The notes under the pieces were generated by a model. That model was not told where the DNA came from. It worked only from the letters and a program-made list of their open reading frames with translations, and did not search any database. This document shows, piece by piece, positions 23,261 to 36,652 of a DNA stretch of 64,000 bases. A program made the position numbers and the translations under genes. Positions within the stretch are counted from its first letter, which is position 1; each line of letters starts with the position of its first letter. Source of the stretch: Eledone cirrhosa (taxonomy: Eukaryota); assembly GCA_964016885.1 (NCBI GenBank), contig OZ024742.1:169322001-169386000 (forward strand), read 5' to 3'.

Positions 23261-26200
23261 ATTATTCTTTCTACATTGTAATGTTAAGCTAACCCTATGT
23301 AGTGTAAATAATAAATGATTTTAATTTGTACACAGTTTTCCTGGTTTAATAGACTGTGTTTTTAGCTTTCTGATTTTCCTCACATTTAAGTTTTTTCTCT
23401 TGTATATATTTACTACAAATTGAATAGTACAATGGATCAGTTTATAACCAGAAATATAACCAGAATTTATTATATTGTTACTAACTATATGTATATATGT
23501 ATGTGTGTATGGTTCTGTAACTCCTGATAGGGTTGTAGGGATGCTGTATTGACATATGGCATTCCTTAGGCATTTTAAGCCTGGCAGAGCCCATCCCTCT
23601 CTAGGCCTGAATACAGCAGATTTCTTCCAAAGAAAGGTAGAAAGTGAGAGAGAGGAAATGAGCAACAGATATAGAGGAAAAATCCACCCCAGTACAAGAC
23701 TGGTACTTTTTTTATCGACCTCGAATTCTAGCAACTCTGCCAATTCACAACCTATACTAACTATATAAGTTATCTAAATCCTAATTTTTCAATAATCTCA
23801 ATCAATTGTATAGCTCATTATCATAAAACCATTTTAACATAATGAAATGCACCCAGTACACTCTGTAAAGTTCTGAAACATATGTAAGCCAGATGCAGGC
23901 CCCTTTGAGAGGTCAATAGCTCCAATTAAGTACTGACTCTGTTATGATCCATCTAACCAATGACAGCATGGAAAAATGGACATTAAATGATGATGATAAC
24001 GAAAAAATATTATGAAGATACATATATTCATTTATCAAAATGAAAATAAGAAAATATATTAAAATTGTAATTTCCACAGTACTTACTAACATACTAGTAG
24101 CTGTCATTAGGGTTAGTATTGCTAGCTTATATACTGTATGTGTTTGGTTAATACTAGCTAACATAGCTTTTTTTTTTTAAATGTTAAAGTTTGTTCCAAA
24201 CCCAGAGGCTTATCAGAACCAGTGCTTATCCCAGTTTCATTGGCAATAAGCAACTGACCCCTGGACAAGATGCTAATCTATTGCAGGGTTAACCCCCAGC
24301 TATGGTTAGTACTCATTTTCAGCTGAGTATACAAGAGTAATGTGAAATGAAGTGTTTTGCTCAAAAACACAATATGCAAAGTAGCCTAAGAATCAAACCC
24401 ATGACATTATGATTGTTATGATTGTAAGTCCAACAACCTAACTACTAGGCCACACACCTTATACATCTAAAATAGCTCAAATGTGAATTACATTTTGTTC
24501 TGCTTCTGTTGAGGTGATTTAATAATTTAATGATATAATGGTTTAATCGTTTGTGTCAGTGTTGTTGTTCCTGTTATTTTTATCTTATCCTCTTATATGC
24601 TTACCTTTATTCTTATCATCAATATTTTGGATTTGAACTCAGAATATAAAGAGTCAGAATGAATACCAACACTAACTATTCTCCTAATCTACCACCTTCA
24701 TGATTACATCAACTCCACTATTTAACTGGTACTTTATATGTATTATGCTATCTGGTCTACTGGTTCAACTATCTCAATGTCAAAGTTCCATTGAATCTTT
24801 AAGTTACCAAGCTCATTAACCCTTCGATGGCCATATTTCTCATAAAATACACTGAATGTATTTCAATTAATTTTGAAAATAATCAAGAATTAGAAGGCTT
24901 TTAGTAACAATAACCTTTTGATTAAGTTGATGTTTAGAATATAACAACAAAGCTCTTATATAAAATTATGATGGAAGTTTTAAATTTAGATATGAACACT
25001 TTATAATAGACTATTTTATCACAGAACTAGAGCAGGTTAAGAACCTTTTCTGATACATAATAGTACCACTCTTCTGAAGTGTTATCTCCAATAGTTTTAC
25101 AAAGTGACCAATGCAAAATAAAAAAAATACTGAAAGCAATATTCTCACTCTAGGGAGTTTAAAAGAGTGACAATAAACGAAGATAGGTAAAAGTATATGT
25201 CAGTTTTGACATTGATCTCTAGGGCAGAAAAACAAGTTTCCTTTCATATAGTTTTGGCAATGCTAAGAATAATGAAAAAAGACACAGCTGGCTGAATCAT
25301 CAAATTTCTGACCTAGTAAATAAAGATTTGGCAATTCACATCTCATCAGTGTTTCAGTAAAAAGAAACAAATAATGTATTTATTGATAAAAATGTAGATA
25401 TTTGAGACTTCTTGGAACCTAATTATGACATATTTTTGAAACAGAAATGAGAGACAATTTTGTGAGCTTCTGTAATAACTCTTAATATGGACAATGGCGT
25501 TTAAAAAAAAACTTTTTAAAAAATAGTAGAATTCCTGACTAGGCATAAGGCCAGAAATTTAGTGGGGAGGAATGTTGATTATATCAACCCCACTATTTGA
25601 CTGGTACTTTATTTTATCAACCTTGGAAAGATGAAAAGCAAAGTTGACATTGGCAAAGATTGGACACATAACTGTTTTTAACACAGATCAGGAATTGGGA
25701 CTGGGGAGTTATAAATAATTGAATCAACCCTAGTATTTAGCAGGTACTTTATTTTATCAAGACTGATGGTGGGAAAAGGGGGACAACTCTATCATTTTTG
25801 CGCATTAACCACCCTCTTAGTAGATGCCATACAGTGTTAGTGACACTATAAATACACCCAGTCAATTCTGTCAAGTGGTTAGTATTAGGCAGGGTATCCA
25901 ACCATAGAAAGCATGCCAAATATGGAACATATAAGATGTGGTCGTTCCAACCAGTTTGGTCTCAGACCATGATGACACATCAAACAAAACCCAATGTGGA
26001 AAGCAGATGATCGTGTTGATGATGATGACTATGATGATGATGATGGTGGTGGTGAAGTCAAACAGAGTTAAAGAGTTAAAATAACAATGTTTAGCTTGGT
26101 ATGAGTTAGTTAGGGTATATTGAATATCTAAAAAGAAAAGAAGGTATTTAAGGAGTTGTTTATATAAGATTATGTCATTCAGTGATATAAACACTTTGTA

Positions 26201-26475
26201 GCTATATCAACTTCCAGCTGTCAACAACTCTCAAGTAATTCAATGTTTGCAGAAACAGTTAAAGAATTAACCATGGGTCACATATATAGTGTATGTACAT
26301 CTCTTTCTCTTCTTCTGCTTCTTCTCCCAGTTCTCTCTCTTATCATTATGTCATTTTAATATATGTGGAGGGGAGGGGGGGGTCCCAACTGACGTGTTGT
26401 CACAGAGTCAATACTCAAATAAGGCTTTTGACCTTTCAAATTGGTCGGTGAGAAGGTGCTCGTCCTTTTGAGATA

Positions 26476-26507
<32 letters not shown>

Positions 26508-26512
<5 letters not shown>

Positions 26513-27158
26513 TCAGGTTTAGCGTCCGTGTTCCACGCTTGCATGGGTTTGGACGGGGGTTTTCCCACTTGAGGCAAGAGTGGTTGTCTTGCTCGCATAG
26601 GACTGTCTGGCGGGTTTTCTACAGTTGGATGCCCTTCCTAACACCAACCACATTTACAGTGTGGGGCTGGGAGGTTTTTACCGTGTTGCCTACACGGCCA
26701 CATTTACAGCGTGGACTGTGTGTTTTTTTGTCGTGACACCTACACGATCTCATTTGTTTCGGCCTGGATGTTGTGGGACCAACATAACTTTACATTGAAA
26801 GGGGCGGTGTGGATGGGGTGGAGGTGGTGGGACGGGGGGTTGTTTTGATAGAGATGCCTACTGACTGTAGTAGGTTTTTACTTTGTATTTAGGTAAGGCG
26901 GGTCTTCTCTATTACTGAGTACCGCCAAAGGTCTCGGTCCAGTGACATTGTCTTGGAGAGGTGTAAGCGTGTGAGGTCGGAATTTATCAGCTCGTCCCAT
27001 GTTTTTCTGGGTCTGCCTACTCCGTGGCTACCGTCTATCTTTATTGCCCCGCACTTTGTTATACAGCTGTCGTCTTTCATGCGCATCACGTGACCGTACC
27101 AACGTAGCCTTCTCTCGAGTAAACAACATCTGATCCCTCTTATTTCTAATTTTTTCCT
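26508..27158 (-). mobile_element. Young 5'-truncated RTE LINE inserted in (TA)n
   Basis: Nearly identical to the copies at 4.0 kb and 51 kb; (TA)n on both flanks. Confidence 0.95.
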
Positions 27159-27407
27159 TATATATATATATATATATATATATAACGATATTTGCTGGTC
27201 GTAGTTGGTAATTGATTGTGTTGTGGTGTTGATTCGTTTGTTCCGTGTGTGCTCACTTGTAGCTTGCTGTGCCGTGTGGTCACTGTTGTGTGATACAGCG
27301 TGACCAGAGGTTGCATGTGTGCAGGTAAGTGAGTAAGTGTTCATTAAGATGATGATGATATGATGGTTCCTTGATCACGCAGAAAATGAATATATATAAA
27401 TGATCGA

Positions 27408-30185
27408 TATGTAACACAAACTTCAAAAAACCCGACAACCACCTGATCACCTATAGATCAGGGGAGTATTCTAGTCAGATAGATTTTATCCTCATCAGAG
27501 GACGTGACAGATGGACAACGGTTGTAAACACAAAAGCCTTCCCTAGTGAGGAATGTACCTCCCAACATAACTTAGTTGTCAGCGACCTCACGGTCAGAAC
27601 TAGACGAACATAGAAACAGAAGTCAACCTGGAGAAGAAAGATCTGGAAGCTGAAAGACCTCTCAGCCAGTAACAGATTTAAAGATATTTTACTCAATGCC
27701 TACGACAGTAAAGAAGAACATTCAATGTAGAAGAGCACTGGGTGTTCCTAAAAAATAACTTACTAGAGGCAACGGATGAGATCTGTGGCTGGAGTAAGAC
27801 CACAGGCAAGAGGAGAGTGACTTGGTGGTGGAACAATAAGGTAGATGAGGCAGTTAAGGCCAAGAGACAGGCATGGAAAGAATGGAAGAATGGGGGAAGC
27901 AGGATACATTACATAGAGACCAAGAGGGAAGCTAGGCGACAAGTATACTTAGCTAGGAGGGAAGCAGAGGATAGAAAATTCAAGCATGTTTTGCAACGTG
28001 AGGACCAGAAACAGGAGGTGTTCAAGATTGCGAAGCAGTGTGTCAAAGAGAATTGTGATGTGATTGGAGAGAAGTGTATCCGGAATGATAAAGGTGAGCT
28101 TGCCCTCACAAGTGCTGAGAAGAAAGATGCGTGAAAGAGCCATTATGAGGAGAATGCATGGGAAGAAGAGACCCTACCCCAAGTAGACCCTATAGAGGTA
28201 CAAGTCAGCAGCAGCGTAGTAAGTAAGGCAATCAAAGATATGAAGACAGGGAAGGCAACCGGTCCATCGGGTATAGCTGTCGAGATGCTGAAGGCATTTG
28301 GGTCGGTAGGTCACACCATAACCATACATATTGTTAACCAGGTAATACTAGAAGGTGTCATACCAAAGGATTGGTGCAGTAGCATCATTGTCAACTGCTA
28401 CAAAAGTAAAGGTGATGTACTAGATAGAGGAAACTATGGAGGTATAAAGCTGATGGACCAGGTCATGAAAGTAACCGAAAGAGTTATAGCACAGTTGATT
28501 AGGGACTGGGTGAAACTAGATGAGATGCAATTTGGGTTTGTGCCAGGAAGAGGCACCACTGATGCCCTCTTCCTTGTGAGGCAGTTACAGGAAAAGTACC
28601 TAGCTAAAAGTAAGCCTCTCTACCTGGCATTCATCGATCTCGAGAAAGCCTTTGACAGAGTTCCTCATGCTATAATCTGGTGGGCTCTTAGAAAACTAGG
28701 AGTAGATGAATGGCATGTGAAAGCTGTACAAGCCATGTATAAGGGAGCAGTCAGCAAAGTTAGGATTAGCAATGAGTATAGCGAGAAATTTAGCGTACAG
28801 GTTGGTGTCCACCAGGACTCTGTTTTTAGCCTTCTCCTGTTCATCATAGTCCTGCAGGCAATAACGGAGGAGTTTAAGACCGGATGCCCATGGGAACTCC
28901 TGTATGCAAATGACCTCGCACTTATAGCTGAATCTATGGTAGAACTAGAGAAGAAATTCCAAACTTGGAAGCAGGGACTAGAAAGAAAGGGTCTCAAAGT
29001 CAACCTGACAAAGACTAAGGTCCTTGTAAGTAGACAAGTAAACAGAACCCAGATCCCCTCAGGGAAATGGCCTTATGTAGTAAAGGTGTAGGTAGGAACT
29101 CCATTCTCTGCCCCAAATGCAAACAATAGGTACACAAGAGATGTAGCGGGATCTCAAGAAGCTTAACTAAGAATGTAGGCTTCACATGTAGCAGCTGTGC
29201 TGGGACAGCAAGCAGCAAACAGCCACAGGAAACAAGTAACACCAATCTCTGGGAGGGCTCTGTAGAAACAGTAAACAGCTTCTGCTACCTAGGTGACTGA
29301 ATTAGCAGTGGAGGTGAGTGTTCGGAAAGTACAATAACTAGTGTAAGAACGGGATGGAAGAAGTTCAGGGAGCTACTGCCACTGCTAGCTGCAAAAGGGT
29401 TTTCCCTAAAAATGAAAGGCAGACTGTATGATGCGTGTATACAAACAGCAATGTTACATGGTAGTGAGACCTGGGCGCTGACTGCAGAAGACTTGCGTAG
29501 ATTAGAAAGAAACGATGCCTGCATGTTCCGATGGATGTGTAATAGTAATATACGCGAACGGCAAAGCATGAATGAATTGAGAGAGAGACTGAGCATAAGA
29601 GGAATCAAATGCTGTGTGCAGGGGAGGCTGTTGCGTTGGTACGGACATGTGATGCGTATGAAGGATGACAGCTGCATAAAAAGGTGCAGAGCACTAGAAC
29701 TCGATGGAAACCGCGGAGTGTGGAGACCTAAGAAGACCTGGGATGAGGTGATAAAAGCCGACCTTACCCAATTACACCTCTCAAAGGCGATGACACACGA
29801 CCGTGACCCCTGGCGTCACGCAGTAATACAGAAGACCCGTCCACCCCCACCCCCACCCTACCCCACAGGTACAAGCCGAAACTGAAGCATATAGACAATA
29901 TGCCCCACCCCCTCCCACTACAAAGTGGTCGTGGAGGTGCCACGCAAAAAAGCACCCAGCCCACACTGTAAAGTGGACGTGTAGACGCCACGGAAAAAAA
30001 CCACCCAGTATTCACTGTAAATGAGGTTGGTGTTAGGAAGGGCATCCAGCTGTAGAAATCAAGCCAGAATCGGTTCCTGTATGAGCAAGACAAGGTCAGC
30101 CGACCAGACACTGCCCACAACAAGACAACCCGTCTAACCCATGCTAGCATGGAAGAACAGACGTAAAACGGTGATGATGATGATG
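27408..30185 (+). mobile_element. RTE LINE, longest copy (APE C-terminus plus RT), decayed
   Basis: NTNFKKPDNHLITYRSG..QIDFIL and SQHNLV match the APE end. RT has YAND, a frameshifted Cys cluster and several stops; 3' UTR and (GAT)n tail. Confidence 0.96.
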
Positions 30186-30792
30186 AACCACAATAACACC
30201 AAACCACTATCTATATATTAATTTCAACAATGTGATTATTCCGTGTGTCATAATTCTCGATTATCATTGGTTCATAGGTTTCAAACGACTCCGCCCACCT
30301 CAACGACGCCAAACTTAAATTAATATGCATAATGCCAATGCGGGAGTGAGAGGGGAGAGTAAGAAACAGAGAGGCAAAGTGAACGCTGTGTTGGACACAC
30401 TATGTATATGTGTCAGTGTAGAGACGTGTGTGTGTGATGTGTGTGGAAATAAGAGGGAAAGGAAAGCAATAACTATTAACATGTGTGCGTGTGTATGTAC
30501 GTGCGCGTATGTTTATGTGTGTGTGTGCGTGCAGCGTTCCATAGAAAGTAAAAACTATCAACATGTGTGAGTGTGTGCGTGTGTGTAAGTGCATGGGTGC
30601 ATCTGTAAGTTTGTGTGCGTGTGCACGTTTCCCTGTGTGTATGTGTGTGTACGTGCGGCATCCCACAATCGCCACGCAGTTTATCTGTCTGTTTGCCTGT
30701 CTGTCAGTCTAACATACACAGAGTTGTGAAGGGAGTAAATAGGGACCTTTTTTTACATTGACGCACATCTTTTATATTAATTATCTATATCT

Positions 30793-31130
30793 GGAGGCAC
30801 ATGGCTTAGTGGTTAGAGCATTGGGCTTGCAATCGAAAGGTTGTGAGTTCAATTCTCAGACCGGGTGATGTGTTGTTTCCTTGAGCAAGACACTTTATTT
30901 CACATTGCTCCAGTTTACTCAGCTGTAGAAATGAGATGATAGGGACTGGGGTCCATATCATTCCACTGCAAAGTGGTCGTGGAGGTGCCACGGCAAAAAA
31001 GCACCCAGCACTCACTGTAAATGAGGTTGGTGTTAGGAAGGGCATCCAGCTGTAGAAATCAAGCCAGAATCAATTCCCGTCCCACCCTTGCAAGCAAGGA
31101 AAAGCAGACGTAAAATGAAATGATGATGAT
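30793..31130 (+). mobile_element. tRNA/CORE-like SINE carrying the RTE 3' tail
   Basis: Box A tggcttagtggttag, box B gagttcaattc, core ccttgagcaagacacttt, then the RTE hairpin unit, aggaagggcatccagctgtagaaa and (GAT)n. Confidence 0.85.
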
Positions 31131-31892
31131 CTATATCTACATATAATATAAAAGATTGGAACTTCCATCATCCTTTTGAGAAACGTGGAACAACCACATC
31201 TATGCAATGATACATGTTTTACAGTCAGACAGAAGATGAACCATCTCCTAGAAGTCACTATTCTAGGTGGGAGCACCTAGAATTGTTCATATACTATGCA
31301 CAAACAGTACAACAAAGAATCTGGTGCATCTGGAAGATTATTTTTACTGTTTTTTGTATCACACAGACACCACGGACTTGCCTCATACTGTAACCAGACA
31401 AACATCCAATACAGTCATTTTCTCTTTTACTAGTCTTCTCTTATCATCTGTTTACCCGGGCAAAGCTGGGTACATCAGCTAGTATTATTAATTTATTGAA
31501 AATAGTTCACGCCAAAACTATACGAAAAATACACAAGAATTATGGACCTTATTTATTTGTTTGTAAAAGTAGAATTAAATTGTATTTACCAAGAAAACTT
31601 CATGAACTTCACTGGCTTGGTTAAGGGAGAGGTTAAGGGAGAGACCAAGAGATAGAGATTGAGTGAAAGAGAGAGAGAGAAAGGTTGACGGGACTCAAAC
31701 TCACATCTGCTATATGCTGGACAGCTGTGATTGCATCAAAACGAGTCTAAGAAATTCTTCCGTTATTATAAAGTCTTATCAATCGACCAGAATATAAACA
31801 ATGATCTTTCAACGCATGTATTCTTTTAACTATAGATAATTTTCAATAAATACATATCCACTCAATGTTTCTAAAAAATATATCATATATAT

Positions 31893-32340
31893 AAGTTTAT
31901 GACCAGTGTATTCTGCCGGCTGTCACCTATGGATCAGAAACATGGAACCTAATAAAAAAGCAAACTCTAAAGCTACAAACAATGCAAAGAGCCCATGAAA
32001 GGATCATGTTAAACATCACATGGCAAGATCGAAAAACTGGCATTTGGATCTGAGAAAAAAAACAAAGGTCGCGACATTCTAGAAATCATTAGCAAAGCAA
32101 AATGGAAGTGGGTTGGACTCATTGCCAGAATGACTAACAACAGATGGACCACCTGTGTGACCTTCTGGGCCGCATGATGTCACACAAGAAACCGAGGTCA
32201 CTAGAAGACAAAGTGGCGAGATGACCTCGAGAAAATTGATAAATTTTGACCATAAATGACTCAGGATTGGCAAAGATGGCACAGCTTAGAGAAGGCCTAT
32301 GTCCAACAACAGATTTCCAAGGCTGAAGATGATGATGATA
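31893..32340 (+). mobile_element. 3' fragment of a second RTE-group LINE family
   Basis: VYDQCILPAVTYGSETW, QRAHERIML and KWKWVG..AR...RWT; gat tail. Confidence 0.85.
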
Positions 32341-32742
32341 TATACAATTAAGCATATAGTTATAAACCTCTATGTATGTATGTGTATGCATCAATGTGTG
32401 TGTGTATGCATTAGTGTGTGAGTTGCTGTCTGTGTTTGTATGCGTATGCATCACCATGTGTATATGTGTTAATATGCGTATGTGTGTGGTGGGGTCACTG
32501 TAATACAACAGTAACTTCTTGGTGTACTAATTCTAAAACATGGGTTTGATTCACAGTTATGAGGCTATATTTTGACATAACTTACTGTAAATATCCGACT
32601 ATAGATAATATCTCAAGCAAACTAAACTTGCCTTTAGTACACTACAGGAAAATACTGTTGTTGGTGGTGGTGGTGGTGTTGGTGACGGTGGTGGTAGGTT
32701 TATGGTATTCAGACTGTATCTAAGACACCATTATACTCTGTG

Positions 32743-33615
32743 ACCAGTATTTGAGGAGTTTGGCCTCCTCAGCCTGATGTGCAGCAGAACCTGGGTTAGT
32801 CGCAGACTGCACCAGGTTGCAGCTGCAGAAAGTGTTGATGCAAGTGGCATCCCAGACGAGGGGTTTGCCACCGCGGAACGGGAAGATGGTCATACCATCT
32901 GGCCTTTTGACGTCTCCTCGGTCCACCCCACCGGCTCAAGCTGGGAAGGGAAGCCTGCAGCGTCCAAGCCATGCTTTATGACCTCGTTGAGGGCAGCATG
33001 GCGTGGAAGACAGCCAGCACTGTGGCGACAGGAAAGTGAGTGGAGGACGAAAGAGTCCACGGTGGATCCACAGCGACATTGGTGTGGCTTGCAGATCCGG
33101 AGGCCGAGCCTCAAGGAAACGCCAATGCGCAGGCTATTGTTGTCTAGCTGTGTGCCAGTGGAGAAGGAGGGCAGAGCATGGAGCGAGGCACCACTGTGGG
33201 GTTTGGAGGCCGCACGAAAACAGGCAAGGCGGTGCTGGTCCGGTCGCTCTCCGACAGGTTTGCGGTTGTACCCTTGGCAGTGGAGACTTCTGGTGTCTTC
33301 GGCCCTAGGGCTACCTCCCTACTCTCCACCATAGGCGCTGAGCTGGCCAGCTGCAGGTGTGAGCCCTGCGAGTTGGAGTGGCTTTCCCAGTGCGTCTCCC
33401 TTGCCGTCCTCCAGGGAAACACCTTCTCCATTCTATCCACCAGGGCTGTGGGGGACAAGCCGATTATATTACAAATTCTGTTGAATAGTCCTACTTTTAT
33501 ATAGTTGCCATAGTTGTTGTCAGAGTGAACCTTTCTATTGAATCAGTGGTTGTACATTCTACTAAATCAATATTAGAAAATTGTAGCATATTAGTAAATA
33601 AAGTAGAAAGGAGTA
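32743..33615. mobile_element. CRE-like (restriction-like endonuclease) non-LTR element, 5'-truncated and 5'-inverted
   Basis: Minus strand 33240 to 32743: Zn knuckle CRC..H..C, RH, KRPDG, WDAT, KY. Plus strand 33241-33445: RSLSDRF..PLAVETSG..G...LSQCVSLAVLQGN. TSD ATTATACTCTGTG at 32730-32742 and 33616-33628. Confidence 0.9.
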
Positions 33616-33785
33616 ATTATACTCTGTGTCATTTCATGTCTTTAACCTGTTTGATACCAAACGGCCTGAAGCTGTCCTTGATTCTATGATACTAACCTTT
33701 ATTTCAAAGTGTTTATATTTACCTGAAATCCTTCCATCATAATTTTTTGTTAATAATGAGTAAATTGGTGATAGTAATTAATAAT

Positions 33786-33975
33786 TGCTTCTACTTTTGG
33801 CACAAGGCCAGCAATTATCCCAGTGCATTACTGGTACTTTATTTTATCGACCCCATAAGGATGAAAGGTAAAGTTAACCTAGGCGGGATTTAAACTCAGA
33901 ATGGCAAGGGCCGTAACTCTATGCATCAAAGCATGGCATCCAAACCTCTACCGATACTGCCAATCCACCGCCCTA
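33786..33975 (-). mobile_element. Full-length SINE with an 18-bp TSD, inside a piggyBac-like MITE
   Basis: TSD gtgatagtaattaataat at 33768-33785 and 33976-33993. Confidence 0.9.
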
Positions 33976-34399
33976 GTGATAGTAATTAATAATGGTAGTA
34001 TTTAATAATGAGTAAATTAACGATAGTATTTAATAAAGAGTACATTAGAGATAATATTAAATGCTTCAATATTCTTGATTATTTTTTAAATGATTTAAAA
34101 ATCGTAAGCAGTATTTTTCATTGGAAATATGGTAACGAAACAGTTAAGACAGTAATGTGTTATTTGAGAAATAGTTCACTGCTGTCGTAGGCATGTGTTT
34201 CTAGTTACAATTTTTTTAAACATCATATCAAATTACACAAAACACAATTTTCCATGTGTAGCTTGGATTTTAGAATAGATACAGATATGTCAGCATGTTG
34301 GCATAAGGAAGGACATTTGCCTCAAAAATCCTATCTAACCCATGCCAGCACAGAAGAGAAACAAGCACGAGTATGGTGTGGTAGCTAGAATTGTGTGTG

Positions 34400-34735
34400 C
34401 AGCATAGTCATATGGTTAAGGAGTTCACTTCACAATCATTAGGTCCCAGGTTCAATCCCACTCTGTGATATCTTAGGCAAATGTCATTTACCATATCCTC
34501 AGGTCAACCCATGCCTTGTGAGTGAAATTGAGTAGACAGAAACTGTTTGGAAGCCAGTAATTCAAAGGACAACCTTGTCACACATTGTATCATGCTGAAT
34601 CTCCCTGAGGATTACGTTAATGGTAACATGTGTCTGTGGAATGCTTCGCCACTTACAATTTAATTTGATGAACAGGCTGTGAAGTTGATCAAACAGCTGG
34701 AGCAGTCATCGTGGAAACTGATGGAGGTCCATTTC
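34400..34735 (+). mobile_element. tRNA/CORE-like SINE, third family
   Basis: Box B ggttcaatccc, ttaggcaaatgtc core and ggtcaacccatgccttgtgagtgaa. Related copies at about 35625-35940 (+) and 44590-44920 (-). Confidence 0.7.
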
Positions 34736-35174
34736 GTGGAGTGTCAGAAACATTAAATGATGTCAGGTGACGAAAGGATGACCCTTTTCTATTCAGATTA
34801 TATATACATACATACATACATACATACATACATACATACATAATACATACATACATGCATGCATGGATGGAGGAGATAGCGTTTATGTTATGTAACAGAC
34901 CAGCTGCAAGATGAGCCATTTGACATATAACAGTACTCCTTAGTGTTGGTGGTGGTTTTAGTGGTAATGGTGGTGATGATGATAGCAATGGTGATGACGT
35001 TACAGAGTACTAACAGCTGCTTTAAACTAAAATATTCAAGTATTTCAAAAGAAACCAAAGTGTTTTTGATGATGATACATTCATTATTGTTTTCCTTCTT
35101 GTTTTTGTTTTAATCTTTAACTATGTTAAATATATGAGACAGAAAGTAAGATGTTATATGTGTGAGAGAGAGAT

Positions 35175-35402
<228 letters not shown>

Positions 35403-36341
35403 AGTAAGTGTGCAGATTTAACACGACATGGGGATTGTACACAAGAGTAAAAGAAAACCAGTGATGGTCAACAAAGTTTTAAAATAGCACCTTGAATACA
35501 CACACAGCCATATATATATGAAGGGCGGTGGTGCCCTAGCATGGCTGGAACAAGTAAAAGCGTAAAAGGTATATATATACACACGCACACACAAAGGGTA
35601 AACAAAGGTAAATAACACAATCATTAGCTTTGGGGTTCAATCCTATATGCCACTGCTCAACATCTTGAGTATCATTTACCACAGCCTCAGGTCAACCCAT
35701 GCCTCATGAATTAAACTGGGTAAACAGAAACTATTTGGAGGCTTATCAGATGGATTGTACATGTAAATCAAATAGCTAGCTTTGTTACTGAGTACCATGC
35801 TAAATCTCCCTGAGAAATGCATTAAGAGTACATATCTCTGTAGAAAGCTTGACCACTTACACACTATTTTCATCAGAAAACTGTTTCATTGATTAAACAA
35901 CTGCAACTCTCATCATTGAAACTAACAGAGATCCATTCCTTCCTGTGCCTACTTTATATTGTATTTACTTAGAGTTGTTGCTATAGTTCTTATCGCTGTT
36001 CATCCAGTACTTTATTTTGTGGCTGAGTGGATAGAGCATAAGGAAGAGCATCCAGCCACAGAAACTATGTCAAATATGAAACTTAAGAGCAAGATGAGAT
36101 TGTTCCAACCTGTCTAGGACCAGACTATGACAACTCCTCCAACCCATGTCAGCATGGAAAGCAGACATAAAATGATGATAACACACACACACAGGGTCCT
36201 GAATTAATGTTGACTGACAATAACACATTTAGAAAATTAAACAGGTCTATAGTTCATTATTGTTTGAGAAAGAAAGAGTGAAAGACAGACATAGAGGGGT
36301 GTAATGAGAAAGAGAGAGGGATGATTGCAAATATATAAAAA

Positions 36342-36652
36342 GGGTAAAGAGTCCACTTCAGTCACAAATGACCATGGGATTTGTACCTAGGAAGTTCCCC
36401 CTCATGGCACAAGACCAGGCAAGGTTGTTTATGGAAGATCAGCAATCACCCATACATACCAATCTCCCCACTCCATGCCACTGATGTTGTCCAAGGGAAA
36501 GGCAATGGCCAATATAATTTGGCACTAGTGACGTCATAACTTATTTCTACAGCTGAGTAAACTGGAGCAACTTGAAATAATGTGTCTTGCTCAAAGACAC
36601 AACACATCTCCCAGTCCGGGAATCGAACTCACAGCCTCACGATTGTAAGCCC
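36342..36652 (-). mobile_element. CORE-like SINE
   Basis: Reverse complements of box B (gggaatcgaactc) and core (gtgtcttgctcaa, cagctgagtaaactggagcaa). Confidence 0.75.

Noticed and set aside
30793-30870. tRNA gene
   Set aside because: Boxes A and B run into SINE core and tail sequence with no intact cloverleaf; the same holds for the other SINE heads.
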